A stretch of DNA of 64,000 nt from an uncultured Verrucomicrobiae bacterium. Lineage in GTDB: Bacteria; Verrucomicrobiota; Verrucomicrobiia; Chthoniobacterales; JAFAMB01. This document shows, one piece after another, positions 48,884 through 58,889 of the stretch (positions are counted from its first letter, which is position 1; each line of letters opens with the position of its first letter). Both the position numbers and the translations under genes were made by a program. The notes below the pieces were generated by a model. The model was given only the letters and a program-made list of their open reading frames with translations. It was not told where the DNA came from and did not search any database. The stretch lies in contig CAWIPH010000002.1 in assembly GCA_963837955.1 (NCBI GenBank), forward strand, positions 2,240,001-2,304,000. Direction: 5' to 3'.

Positions 48884-50275
48884 CTAATACTGGAAATGAA
48901 AGCGGGCCATGAAGATGTTGATAGGGCCGCGGTCCTGATTGTAAGCGGGGTTAACGACGAGCTGATAATCCAACGACACGTTCAGCCCCTTAAAAACTTC
49001 CAGATTATAATAGGTCTCGATTACATTTTCCAGGCCGTAACGGAGTTTCCCATCCCCAATCAAGATCCCTAGGCCACCTGCGCCAAAATATTTTCTCTGG
49101 GCATGGCCTATCCCATCGAGCGCGTCAGCCAATCCGAAGGTATCGTTCGGGCGACACCAGCCGTTGCCTTTGATTTGCAGTCCAAGTGCAAGACTTCTTG
49201 AGATGTCGGTATACTGCCAGAACTCATACTTCGGATCGCGATATCCGGCGCGCAGAAAAGCTCCGATATCTTTAGTGATCTCTTGCTCGAAATTGATGCC
49301 AAACCCGTAGGTATAACGAAAGCTACGGGTTCGGGTAATGTCTTCATGCAAAGATGGGTTATTGAGCGTTGCTTGGTAGCTGCCCATATTGGCGCTCTCG
49401 AAATAACCGAGGAAACGCACCTTGCCCGGATGGCCGAATAATTCATAACGCTCCTCTAATTCAGCAACCTGCTGCCAAGCCTTCAAAAAATGGCCGTCGG
49501 TGGCGAGACCGTTGCTAACGCGAGGGACCGTAAAAATCCCCCAGCGTGCAGCCCAACGTTTTTGGTTCAATTCAAGGGTGAGGCCGTATTCATACCCCAG
49601 GGAATCGGCGGCGAAGTCAAAACTGCCCTGATCGGTTATGGCCCAGTTTAAAAACTGGGAACTTGGGTCGTGAGCGTAGGAGTTGTTGTCGAACTGGTCG
49701 GTGACAGCCATTTTTCCAACCGTAAGTGTGAACCGGGAAATATCCGCCTTACCTGCTAGCTGAAGCTGGCCGCCATCGATTTGTTCCTGTTCGCCGCCAA
49801 AGCCCCAAACTTGCCGCAAAAAAAGATGGGGAATAAAGACATCTCCCCGATACTTCCCTACCTTGGAGGATTGAGCATTTGGAAACGCGGCGATGCCGCG
49901 ACTTATGGCGAAACTAAAACCCTGATAGTACTCCGGATTAAAATAAATCTCGGTTCCAGGCAATAGGCGGGCACCAAAAAAAAGGTCCGCTGTCGTCGAT
50001 TGCCGAAAATTATCGCCTGAATGTAGGCTATTGGTTCCGCTGTAGGGGTCATGAAAGCCAGGCTGGCCCTGAAGAATTTCAGTTCCTTGAAAGTGGAACA
50101 ACCAGTTTTGAGACTCGGCGGCCTCTTCCTTTTCCAATGGTACCTTCCGAGATTTTTTATCGTCGCTCGCCAGATTCTGCTGGGCATCGTCGTCCGCTCT
50201 TGCGGATGGCGAAAAAGGAACGCTGGCCGCGAACACGAATCCGAGCACGGCACAGAATCTTCCAGTGTTAGTCAT
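48884..50275 (-). CDS. OprB-family porin, MnoP (Mn2+ porin)-like
   Basis: FQGT..QG.P.F..PYSG.NSL, YFNPE..QGF, FDNNSYAHDP..QFLNW, NPAYN.DRGP; mntH context. Confidence 0.78.
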   Translation of the reverse strand: MTNTGRFCAVLGFVFAASVPFSPSARADDDAQQNLASDDKKSRKVPLEKEEAAESQNWLFHFQGTEILQGQPGFHDPYSGTNSLHSGDNFRQSTTADLFFGARLLPGTEIYFNPEYYQGFSFAISRGIAAFPNAQSSKVGKYRGDVFIPHLFLRQVWGFGGEQEQIDGGQLQLAGKADISRFTLTVGKMAVTDQFDNNSYAHDPSSQFLNWAITDQGSFDFAADSLGYEYGLTLELNQKRWAARWGIFTVPRVSNGLATDGHFLKAWQQVAELEERYELFGHPGKVRFLGYFESANMGSYQATLNNPSLHEDITRTRSFRYTYGFGINFEQEITKDIGAFLRAGYRDPKYEFWQYTDISRSLALGLQIKGNGWCRPNDTFGLADALDGIGHAQRKYFGAGGLGILIGDGKLRYGLENVIETYYNLEVFKGLNVSLDYQLVVNPAYNQDRGPINIFMARFHFQY

Positions 50276-50595
50276 AGGATATATTAGAGACTGACGGTTT
50301 GGTTTCACCGACGCCGTAGATGCCCGACCTCGCCGAGCGGCACCGGCGCTCACTGTGCCGGAATCCGAATTAAGAACAATCGCAATCTTGCGTTAAAAAA
50401 CTTTTATTTGCGAAGATACATTGATGGGACTCGGCGCGTCCTTAACCACGAATGGACGCGAATACACACGAATAACGAACTCTTGATTCGTGTCCATTAC
50501 TTAGCCTGTCCGCCATAGCTTTTTCAGCACCGTTTTTTCGCTCCAGCACAGCGAAGGCGGATCTATTCGCGATTTAAATTTGCCGAATGCCGAGT

Positions 50596-51498
50596 TTAGA
50601 AGCGAAAACTTATTCCAACTAAGGGCTGCCAATCTTGGGCCGCTCGGGTGACTCCGGCATTGATCCCGCAGTCCACAATGATGTTATCGCTGATAGAGTA
50701 GGCGAGTCCGCCATCCACCGTTCCGACCCACCCTGTGTGTCTTTCGGTGCTGACGGCAGTAAAGAACTCGACGTAACTATCCAACTTCTTGGTAATCGGA
50801 TGATGCAATGAAACGGAATTGATGAAATCGAGATGGTAACCCGTGTTGGCGGCATCTTCATTGATATCCATTTCTGTCATCGCAAAGAGTTGAAAATCCA
50901 GAGGCAACTTGAAGTCTACTGGAAGAATGAACCCTCCCTCGATGTCCTGATTGCCCAACCCGCCTTGGTTGGTTGGAATCTTCATAAATGGAATGAACCC
51001 TAACGCAACCGGCAGATTCCCTTCGTCGCCAAAAAGGTTAAGCTTGGCGCGGACGACCAAGTCTCCAAAGCCGCTCATGCGAGTCTTCAGGTTGCCCTGT
51101 TTAACGTCTACTTCATTGTAAACCGGGACAAATAGTTCCAGGTCCAGATTATTTAAAACGCCCAGCTTGATTGCTGGATTGAACCATTGATAGCTCTTAG
51201 TGCGAATGTCAGAATATCTTTGGGGTTGGTTAGTGTAGGTGTATTGGAAAATACCGACTTCGAATTGAAGATGGCCTGCATCTGCTGTGAAAGGGCCTTC
51301 GGTCTGGTCAGGTCGATCGGGAGCGAAGTCCCGTAGCTGTCCACACGGCGTAGGGTTGAAAAGATTGTACTGAATTTTGTCGGCGGTCTGGGCAGCTGGG
51401 TCAGGTTGTTCGCCGAAAGACCTTTGTGCGATTGCTGAAAATAACAGCGCAACGGCACCGGATACGCTGAGGATGATGAACGATACATTATGTCTCAT
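50596..51498 (-). CDS. Outer-membrane beta-barrel 'transporter' (phenol MetA-pathway/SphA-like)
   Basis: DRPDQTEGPFT..AGH.Q.E, GFGD...RAK, C-terminal GISFRF. Confidence 0.78.
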   Translation of the reverse strand: MRHNVSFIILSVSGAVALLFSAIAQRSFGEQPDPAAQTADKIQYNLFNPTPCGQLRDFAPDRPDQTEGPFTADAGHLQFEVGIFQYTYTNQPQRYSDIRTKSYQWFNPAIKLGVLNNLDLELFVPVYNEVDVKQGNLKTRMSGFGDLVVRAKLNLFGDEGNLPVALGFIPFMKIPTNQGGLGNQDIEGGFILPVDFKLPLDFQLFAMTEMDINEDAANTGYHLDFINSVSLHHPITKKLDSYVEFFTAVSTERHTGWVGTVDGGLAYSISDNIIVDCGINAGVTRAAQDWQPLVGISFRF

Positions 51499-51560
51499 TG
51501 AGATCTCGGCCCGGTACTACGACCCTGGGATTCTCGGAAAAGCGCGACCGGTACGCGAAC

Positions 51561-52940
51561 TTATTGAGGAGTTGAACCGGTCAAGTTCTGCCACAATAGA
51601 TACCCATTCAGCAGGGCGATCACGATCCCCAAGGTCCAGCCGCTAATTCTTATCCAGCGCGGATTCACAAATTCGCCCATCTTCGTTTTGTCGCTGGTAA
51701 ACATCACGAGAGGAATTACGGCGAAGCTCAGTTGCATGCTCAGGATCACTTGACTCAGGATCAACAGTTGAGCTGTGCCGTTCTCTCCCAACAGAGCGGT
51801 AACGATGATAGCGGGGATGATGGCCAAAAGCCGAGTAATCAGGCGACGTAGAACCGGAGGCAGCCGGAGGCGCAAGAAACCTTCCATCACGATTTGACCG
51901 GCCAGAGTTCCGGTAAGCGTTGAGTTTTGGCCCGATGCCAACAGTGCGACTGCGAACAAGGTGCTGGCGGCACCGACTCCGAGAAGGGGACTCAGCAGTT
52001 TATAGGCATCCTGAATTTCCGCGACCTCGTGATGGCCGCTTCGATAGAAGGTAGCAGCAGCTACGATGAGAATCGCGGCATTGATAAAAAGTGCAAAAAA
52101 GAGGGCGATCGTGGAATCGATTGTGCCGAACAAAATGGCTTCCCGCTTTCCTTTTGGTGAAAGTTCGTAGTGGCGGGTCTGAGCAATGGAGGAGTGCAGA
52201 TAAAGATTATGCGGCATCACCGTCGCCCCTAGGATCCCGATCGCGACATAGAACATAGCGTGATTGTGGAGAATTTCGGACGAGGGCAAGCAACCTAGCG
52301 CGAGTGCGCCGAGATCCGGTTTCGAAAGGAAGATTTGGATCCCGAAACTGACGGCGATCACGCCGATCAGAGCGAGTACCAGCGCCTCGATTATCCGAAA
52401 TCCTCTATTCTGTAAGTAAAGGACAGCGAGCACATCGCACGCCGTCAGACAAACACCCCAAATCAAAGGGAGGCCAAATAGCAGATTCAAGGCGATGGCC
52501 GAACCGATGACTTCGGCCAGGTCACAGGCAGCGATGGCGATCTCGCAACCCACCCAAAGAATGAAGTTGATAACGGGAGGGAAGTGATCGCGGCAAGCTT
52601 GAGCAAGATCGCGTCCCGTCGCCACGCCCAGCTTAAGAGCCAGGTGTTGCAGGAAAATAGCCATCAGGCTCGAGATGATGACCACTGAAAGAAGCGTGTA
52701 ATAGAACTGAGACCCGCCGGCGATATCAGTGGCCCAATTACCTGGGTCCATGTAGCCGACCGCAATCAGGTAGCCAGGACCGGAGAACGCCAGCAGCTTG
52801 CGCAGGAGTCCCCACCAATTCCGGCCAACCTTGGGTATTTTGACCGACCGATATACTTCCGGCAGCGAGGGACCAGTTCGCTCGAAGCGCCAGCCCTTTT
52901 CTGGAGCAACAGGTTCAACGGTCTCGACAGATTGGTTCAT
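51561..52940 (-). CDS. mntH: Nramp divalent metal (Mn2+) transporter
   Basis: [40 protein letters not shown]. Confidence 0.96.
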   Translation of the reverse strand: MNQSVETVEPVAPEKGWRFERTGPSLPEVYRSVKIPKVGRNWWGLLRKLLAFSGPGYLIAVGYMDPGNWATDIAGGSQFYYTLLSVVIISSLMAIFLQHLALKLGVATGRDLAQACRDHFPPVINFILWVGCEIAIAACDLAEVIGSAIALNLLFGLPLIWGVCLTACDVLAVLYLQNRGFRIIEALVLALIGVIAVSFGIQIFLSKPDLGALALGCLPSSEILHNHAMFYVAIGILGATVMPHNLYLHSSIAQTRHYELSPKGKREAILFGTIDSTIALFFALFINAAILIVAAATFYRSGHHEVAEIQDAYKLLSPLLGVGAASTLFAVALLASGQNSTLTGTLAGQIVMEGFLRLRLPPVLRRLITRLLAIIPAIIVTALLGENGTAQLLILSQVILSMQLSFAVIPLVMFTSDKTKMGEFVNPRWIRISGWTLGIVIALLNGYLLWQNLTGSTPQ

Positions 52941-52986
52941 AGTTCCCCCTGAGTTTGAGCCAATAAGTTAGTGCTCTCTCAGAGAT

Positions 52987-53000
52987 TTAGCTTCGCCTAA
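52987..53000 (-). promoter_or_regulatory. DtxR/MntR-type operator candidate TTAG-N6-CTAA
   Basis: TTAGGCGAAGCTAA on minus strand, inside a TTGCTA-17-TAAATC promoter-like sequence upstream of mntH. Confidence 0.55.
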
Positions 53001-53287
53001 TGACAATAGCAAGAACTAAAATCGATTTTCTTAAGGGCGAGCGAGCACGCGCGCCGAAGCAATCATATCGACGTTACCTGCCCAGGCTTGGCTGTCGTTG
53101 ACCCAGAATAGGCGACCGCGCGTTTGCAGAAAATGTCGCAGTTGTCATGAGTCCGTTCGTTTTTGTTTGTTGTTCTTAGTCACCGCACTTCGGCGATGAG
53201 AAGCTCCTTAGCAGGCTAGCGCCAGGATGTTGTATCTCGCAACGATTTCATCTAGAGCGGAACCTCGATTAGACTTACGGTGCCGCG

Positions 53288-53815
53288 ATGGATCCAACGG
53301 CAGAGTATGTTGTGGTATCAGCCTCTCTCCGCGAAGCAAGTCTGAGTCGAGCCTTGGCTAATGAGCTCCTTGCTTATTATCGCGAGTCGAAGCTGAGTAG
53401 TCATTTGCTTGATCTGCGTCAGGTGGCGCTCCCGTTTTGCGACGCGGACTCTGCCTACGGCCATCCTAATGTGGAGGCCGCTCAGAATCTGTTGAACTCG
53501 GCCCGTGTGATTATAGTGGCAACGCCCATCTATAACTTCGATGTCAACGCGGCCGCGAAGAATCTGGTGGAGCTAACCGGGGATGCGTGGGAAAACAAAG
53601 TGGTCGGATTCTTGTGCGCAGCTGGCGGAGCCTCCAGCTACATGTCCGTAATGGGATTGGCCAACAGTCTGATGCTCGACTTTCGCAGCATAATCATTCC
53701 GCGATTTGTCTACGCGACTCGTCACGACTTTGCGGATGGACTCCGTCTTCGGGACGAGGTTCGAGCTCGGGTGCGCGAGCTTGGAGAGGCCTCTCGCAAG
53801 ATTCGGGTGGGGTAA
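53288..53815 (+). CDS. NADPH-dependent FMN reductase
   Basis: S.R..S.S, ATPIYNF, KNLVE, AAGG. Confidence 0.88.
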   Translation: MDPTAEYVVVSASLREASLSRALANELLAYYRESKLSSHLLDLRQVALPFCDADSAYGHPNVEAAQNLLNSARVIIVATPIYNFDVNAAAKNLVELTGDAWENKVVGFLCAAGGASSYMSVMGLANSLMLDFRSIIIPRFVYATRHDFADGLRLRDEVRARVRELGEASRKIRVG

Positions 53816-53844
53816 AGCACCTCGGGATCCGCCGGTCAACGACG

Positions 53845-54095
53845 ATGCTAGCAGAGAGCGTGTAGGCTTCGATAAGGTCGGAGGGGAGCCGCTTGCGGCT
53901 CCCGGGAATAGTCCACGATGAAACGAAGCCGCGGATTCCTGGGCTCGATTCCTCGTTTGATCCTGGACCGTTCCCGGGCGTCGCACGTGTCTCGACGAAG
54001 CCTCCGCCGCAGCTTGCACCTTTGGGAACAAATCGGCGAAGTCGGAAGCGACGCCCCTCCGCGCGTCGGAAATTCGCCAATCCTGTCGCTACGCG
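53845..54095. repeat. Left arm of long inverted repeat
   Basis: Reverse complement of 54869-55059 apart from a 61 bp insert. Confidence 0.85.
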
Positions 54096-54309
54096 CACCT
54101 GAGAAGTCATCGCGAGAATGAATGACGTAAACGTTCTAATCGATTGGCTTCTATCCTCAGACCCTGATGGCGGAGCTGCAATTCCGATGGGAGGGCGGTC
54201 TGAGCTAAGTTCTGACCCAAAAGAATTCTCCTAGATGCCATCGTATAAAACAATACAAACAACTATACTATCGATATGCACTATGCTCTCGAGCGTACGA
54301 AATTCGGGC

Positions 54310-54801
54310 ATGGAGCAACCTTCAAAGGCATCTCGGAACAACGCCGAATCCCACAGACGTGGATTTCGGAGAACCGCAATTGTGGCCGGCATTGCTGCGT
54401 TAATTGCCGTCTTGGTTCTGATCGTCGGCTACTATGCCATGACGTCATCTGACGAAACGATATGCGATATTGCTATCATCATACTTCTTTTGCCAACGGT
54501 CGTCATCTGCGAGCATCTCGGTCTCGGACACTTCAGCTTCTTGGGACCATCAACGATCCCTGATTGGGCGTTCATCACCGTCGGTATTTTTTGGGTCTAC
54601 GTCCTTAGCCTGATCGCAGTCATCGCGTCTCGTCTTCTTTGGAGGTGCGTCTGTGGCGTCGGGTTGTTGGTCGGAAGAAATCGGAATGATCAGGCACCGA
54701 CTGAGATAAAACCCCTGACCGGCGGCGAAAACTTAGGCGCGGGGAATCGTTGTACGCCGAAGGCGTCAAAGGACTCAGCCCGGGGTGGAGGCTTTGCGTA
54801 A
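54310..54801 (+). CDS. Hypothetical 3-TM membrane protein
   Basis: Three hydrophobic segments; last ~15 codons lie in a REP; start could be 54235. Confidence 0.5.
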   Translation: MEQPSKASRNNAESHRRGFRRTAIVAGIAALIAVLVLIVGYYAMTSSDETICDIAIIILLLPTVVICEHLGLGHFSFLGPSTIPDWAFITVGIFWVYVLSLIAVIASRLLWRCVCGVGLLVGRNRNDQAPTEIKPLTGGENLGAGNRCTPKASKDSARGGGFA

Positions 54802-54868
54802 CCCCGGGTAACGCAAAAAAACGCGTCCGCTCTGAAAGAGCGTAAGAAATCCTCTGCCCAATCGACGT

Positions 54869-55059
54869 CGCGTAGCGCCAGGATTGGCGAACTTCAAACG
54901 TACGGAGGGGCGTCGCTTGCGACGCCCGGGAATAGACCAGGATCAAACGAGGAATCGAGCCCAGGAGTCCCGCGGCTTCGTTCCATCGTGGATTATTCCC
55001 GGGAGCCGCAAGCGGCTCCCCTCCGACCCCATCAAAGCCTATACGCTCTCCACTAGCAT
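54869..55059. repeat. Right arm of long inverted repeat
   Basis: Reverse complement of 53845-54095. Confidence 0.85.
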
Positions 55060-55191
55060 GGTCACGGTCCTGCGTTTTTTTTGACCGTTGAAGGAAATCA
55101 CTCAATGAACTCCTTGCCAGGGCGAAGTTATCGGTGGTAGACGTTTTGCCGCGGTGCTTTGGTCGAAAGTGAGTAATCGCACCGCGAGACA

Positions 55192-56757
55192 ATGCCCCCC
55201 CTCGAACAGAATCCACCATCGGCGACCGTGCCGGTAGTATCATCCAAGGCCCCAGTGCTTGCGGCGCATGAGGTGACGAAGGCGTTTGGACCGGTCAAAG
55301 TCTTGCAAGACGTTACCTTGGACTTTTTTGGAGGCGAGATTCACGCGATCGTTGGCGAAAACGGGGCCGGCAAATCGACTTTGATGAAGATTTTGGCCGG
55401 CTTACTCGAGCCGACGTCGGGGGAAGTCCGTTTCCGCGGCGAAACGGTCGAGACCGGCGATCTCCGCAGGATGGAGGAGCGGGGAGTCCGCTTTATTCAT
55501 CAAGAACTGAATTTGGCCGAGGATCTTCGGGTCGTTGAAAATCTTTTTCTTGGAGAGGAACCTCGCCGCGGTCTCTTTTTGGATGAGGCGCGGATGCGCG
55601 CGCAAGGGCGAGAAGTATTGAGACGGGTCGGGGCAGAGGTTGATTTGGATGCACGCGTATCTGATCTCCGCATCAGCGAGAAGCAACTGGTAGAAATTGC
55701 GAAAGCGATTTCCCAACAGGCGACAGCGTTGATCCTAGATGAGCCGACCGCGATGCTGACCCAACCTGAAGCGGACCGCCTGTTTGAAATCATTGAGTCC
55801 TTCGCGGCAGAGGGCGTGGCTATTCTTTACATTTCCCACCGCCTCGAGGAGGTGAAACGGCTCGCAACGCGGATCAGCGTTTTACGCGACGGCCGCCTGG
55901 TGGCGACACGGCCGGCGAACGAGCTGGCTCCGAATGAAATTGTTCGCCTAATGGTTGGACGCAGCCTGCAGGATTTTTTTCCGGAGAAGAAGATTTCTGC
56001 AAGAGATCAGCGAGTTCTGGAAGTCCGCAATTTATCTGTGCCCGGCTATGTCAATGACGCTTCATTCGAGCTGAAGAAAGGAGAAATTCTTGGGTTTGCC
56101 GGTCTGATTGGCGCGGGACGAAGCGAATTGTTTGAAGGTTTGATGGGCCTGCGAAAGACAAGCTCCGGCACCGTCCTGAGAGACGGGCGGCCGGTGGGAT
56201 TCACTGACTACCCTCAGGCCATTGCTCGCTTGCGCGCTGCCTATCTGCCGGAGGATCGGAAAGGAAAAGGATTGGTAGTATCATTCGATGCTCCGACCAA
56301 CTACTCTTTACTTGGGCTGGATCGCTTTGGTACCTGGTTTGTCGACCGTCGTAAGGAGCGAGCTTCCTTTCGAAAGGCGGTCGACCACTTTCAAATAAAG
56401 GTTTCCGACTATGCCATGCCAGTTGCCCAGTTAAGCGGTGGAAATCAACAAAAGGTGGTGCTGGCCAAAATCCTTACTATTGACCCAGAAATCATTATTT
56501 TTGACGAGCCGACCCGAGGGATCGACGTGGGTACTAAAGCCCAGATTTATCGATGGATTGGGAATATGGCGGCTGAAGGGCGGTCGTGCATTGTGATCTC
56601 CTCGGAGCTTTTAGAAATTGTCGGCTTGTGCCATCGAGTGATTGTGATGCGATCTTCTCGGATCGTTGCCAGCCTGGAAGGTGACGCCATCAGTGAAGAT
56701 CAGATCATGCTGTACGCGACCGGCGTTCGTCCGGCGGAACCCTTTTTGACTTCATGA
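55192..56757 (+). CDS. Sugar ABC transporter ATP-binding protein (RbsA-type)
   Basis: GENGAGKST, LDEPT, LSGGNQQK, DEPTRGIDVG. Confidence 0.94.
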   Translation: MPPLEQNPPSATVPVVSSKAPVLAAHEVTKAFGPVKVLQDVTLDFFGGEIHAIVGENGAGKSTLMKILAGLLEPTSGEVRFRGETVETGDLRRMEERGVRFIHQELNLAEDLRVVENLFLGEEPRRGLFLDEARMRAQGREVLRRVGAEVDLDARVSDLRISEKQLVEIAKAISQQATALILDEPTAMLTQPEADRLFEIIESFAAEGVAILYISHRLEEVKRLATRISVLRDGRLVATRPANELAPNEIVRLMVGRSLQDFFPEKKISARDQRVLEVRNLSVPGYVNDASFELKKGEILGFAGLIGAGRSELFEGLMGLRKTSSGTVLRDGRPVGFTDYPQAIARLRAAYLPEDRKGKGLVVSFDAPTNYSLLGLDRFGTWFVDRRKERASFRKAVDHFQIKVSDYAMPVAQLSGGNQQKVVLAKILTIDPEIIIFDEPTRGIDVGTKAQIYRWIGNMAAEGRSCIVISSELLEIVGLCHRVIVMRSSRIVASLEGDAISEDQIMLYATGVRPAEPFLTS

Positions 56758-57776
56758 ACTCAGCGGAATCGATCGAAGCAACTCCGAGACCGCAGAGGGG
56801 TTTTGATGTAAGAACAATCGGGCGATGGGCGCGCGCGGGAGGCCCACTGATCGCGCTAGTACTCTTGATCATTATCGGTCAGATCCTGAACCCTAATTTC
56901 TTAAGATGGGATAACGTTACCAACGTTCTCACTCGAAGCGCGTTTGTCGGGATTATTAGCGTCGGCGCGACTTTTGTCATTGTGACCGGCCAGATCGACC
57001 TAAGCGTTGGCGCGATGGCGGCCTTTATCGCCGGTCTGATGATCATCGTGATCAATCAGCTTTCCCTAATCGGTTGGGCAAAGGAACTGGCGATCGTTGC
57101 TGGGATGGGACTCGGATTGTTAGTCGGACTGGTTAGTGGCTTGGCCAACGGATTCCTCTCAACTAAGGGAAAAATCGAATCATTTATCGTCACTCTCGGA
57201 ACGATGGGCATTTTCCGATCGCTAGTGACGTTTATTGCCAACGGCGGAACATTAACGCTCGACTCCAGTGTTCGGGAGACCTATCGACCGGTGTTTTACG
57301 ATTCCTGGTTGTATATTCCGATTCCTGTTTGGGTCTTGGCTGCGGTGGTAGCGATTGGCTGGGTAGTGCTGGCCAAGACTCGCTTCGGCCGCTATTGCCG
57401 AGCAGTTGGATCGAACGCTGAGGTCGCACACTATTCCGCAATCCGAGTGAACCGCATTCGGGTCGTGGCTTTTGTTGTTCAAGGATTTTGCGTTGCTCTG
57501 GCGACATTGCTGTATGTCCCGCGGCTCGGTTCGGCTTCGTCTTCAACTGGAGTTCTCTGGGAGCTTGAGGCCATTACGGCTGTCGTCGTAGGAGGAACGG
57601 CGCTACGCGGCGGTTCTGGACGAGTCTGGGGATCAATCGTCGGTGCGCTCATTCTTACCTTAGTTGGCAATATTCTGAATCTGACCAGCCTCATTAGCGT
57701 GTATCTTAACGGAGCGGTGCAAGGGATTATCATCTTAGGAGCTGCCTTGCTGCAGCGTAGTAGCAGGACGCGTTAA
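56754..57776 (+). CDS. Sugar ABC transporter permease
   Basis: IDLSVG, FIVTLG, TRFGR...AVGSN, ELEAITAVVVGG. Confidence 0.94.
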   Translation: MNSAESIEATPRPQRGFDVRTIGRWARAGGPLIALVLLIIIGQILNPNFLRWDNVTNVLTRSAFVGIISVGATFVIVTGQIDLSVGAMAAFIAGLMIIVINQLSLIGWAKELAIVAGMGLGLLVGLVSGLANGFLSTKGKIESFIVTLGTMGIFRSLVTFIANGGTLTLDSSVRETYRPVFYDSWLYIPIPVWVLAAVVAIGWVVLAKTRFGRYCRAVGSNAEVAHYSAIRVNRIRVVAFVVQGFCVALATLLYVPRLGSASSSTGVLWELEAITAVVVGGTALRGGSGRVWGSIVGALILTLVGNILNLTSLISVYLNGAVQGIIILGAALLQRSSRTR

Positions 57777-57791
57777 TTACCCCCCCAAAAA

Positions 57792-58748
57792 ATGACTAAG
57801 TTAACTAAATACCTCGCCTTGCTGCCATGTTGTGCAGCCGGCCTCATCGCCGGATCGGCAACGGCTCAAGAAACCATTAAGATTGGCGTCTCCATTCCTT
57901 CCGCAGACCACGGCTGGACTGGTGGCGTAAATTACTTCGCTGCAGAAGCGAAAAAGCGGATCGAATCGACCTACAAGAACGTTCAGGTCTCGGTGGTTAC
58001 GGCCACTAACCCAAGCGACCAAGCCAACAGCTTGGAGGATCTGGTGGCGACCCAACAAATCAAGGCACTCGTCATTCTGCCATACGAGTCAGCGCCGCTC
58101 ACTGATCCGGTGCGCCAGGTCAAAAAGAAAGGCGTGTTTGTAACCGTGATAGATCGGGCTCTGACCGATCCGACCATCCAGGACCTTTATGTCGCTGGTG
58201 ATAATCCAGGTATGGGAAAGATCGCCGGCCAATATTTCCTCGATAAATTAGGTGGGAAAGGAAACATCGTCGTGCTGCGCGGTCTGCCGACCGTCATCGA
58301 TAATCAACGCTTTGATTCCTTTATGGATAAAATTAAAGGATCGCAAATCAAAGTGCTCGATTCCAAGTATGCGAATTGGAATCGGGACGACGGATTCAAA
58401 GTTATGCAAGATTTCCTGACTCGGTTTCCGCATATTGATGCGGTTTGGGCCCAGGACGACGACATCGCGCTGGGTGTCCTTGACGCCATGCGGCAAGCAA
58501 AGCGTGACAAAGAGATGTGGGTGGTTGGCGGTGGGGGAATGAAAGAAATGGTCAAGCGGGTCTTGGACAAAGATACGCAGACGCCCGTCAATATTACGTA
58601 TTCCCCGAGCATGGTTGGCGTCGCGATCGAGCTGACGGCGCTTCACTTCGTAACGAAGCTTCCCATGAACGGCAGCTACATTCTGGAGTCTCCGCTCGTG
58701 ACGCCCGATAACGCGGCGCAGTATTACTTCCCGAATTCGCTGTACTAA
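57792..58748 (+). CDS. Sugar ABC transporter substrate-binding protein
   Basis: Signal peptide; ADHGWTGG, IDR, GDN, AVWAQDDD. Confidence 0.92.
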   Translation: MTKLTKYLALLPCCAAGLIAGSATAQETIKIGVSIPSADHGWTGGVNYFAAEAKKRIESTYKNVQVSVVTATNPSDQANSLEDLVATQQIKALVILPYESAPLTDPVRQVKKKGVFVTVIDRALTDPTIQDLYVAGDNPGMGKIAGQYFLDKLGGKGNIVVLRGLPTVIDNQRFDSFMDKIKGSQIKVLDSKYANWNRDDGFKVMQDFLTRFPHIDAVWAQDDDIALGVLDAMRQAKRDKEMWVVGGGGMKEMVKRVLDKDTQTPVNITYSPSMVGVAIELTALHFVTKLPMNGSYILESPLVTPDNAAQYYFPNSLY

Positions 58749-58775
58749 GGAAAAGAATACGGAAGATTTAGAATA

Positions 58776-58872
58776 GGTAGGGACCGGCTCCCGCCGGTCC
58801 TTCGGCCACATTCGGTAGGGCGAAAGCCTGGGGCGGTATCAGCCGCGCCGGCTTGAGCCGTTCGTCCCTACC
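58776..58872. repeat. GGTAGGG REP cluster
   Basis: GGTAGGGACCGGCTCCCGCCGGTCC, GGTAGGGCGAAAGCC, ...CCCTACC. Confidence 0.7.
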
Positions 58873-58889
58873 GCATTCTCTCTCTCACC

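Noticed and set aside
35823..53000. Metal region as an integrated mobile island
   Set aside because: No integrase or att repeats, and host REP families occur inside it
52941..53287. Mn-sensing yybP-ykoY riboswitch before mntH
   Set aside because: No recognisable conserved loops by eye, and the predicted leader is short; an Rfam scan would settle it
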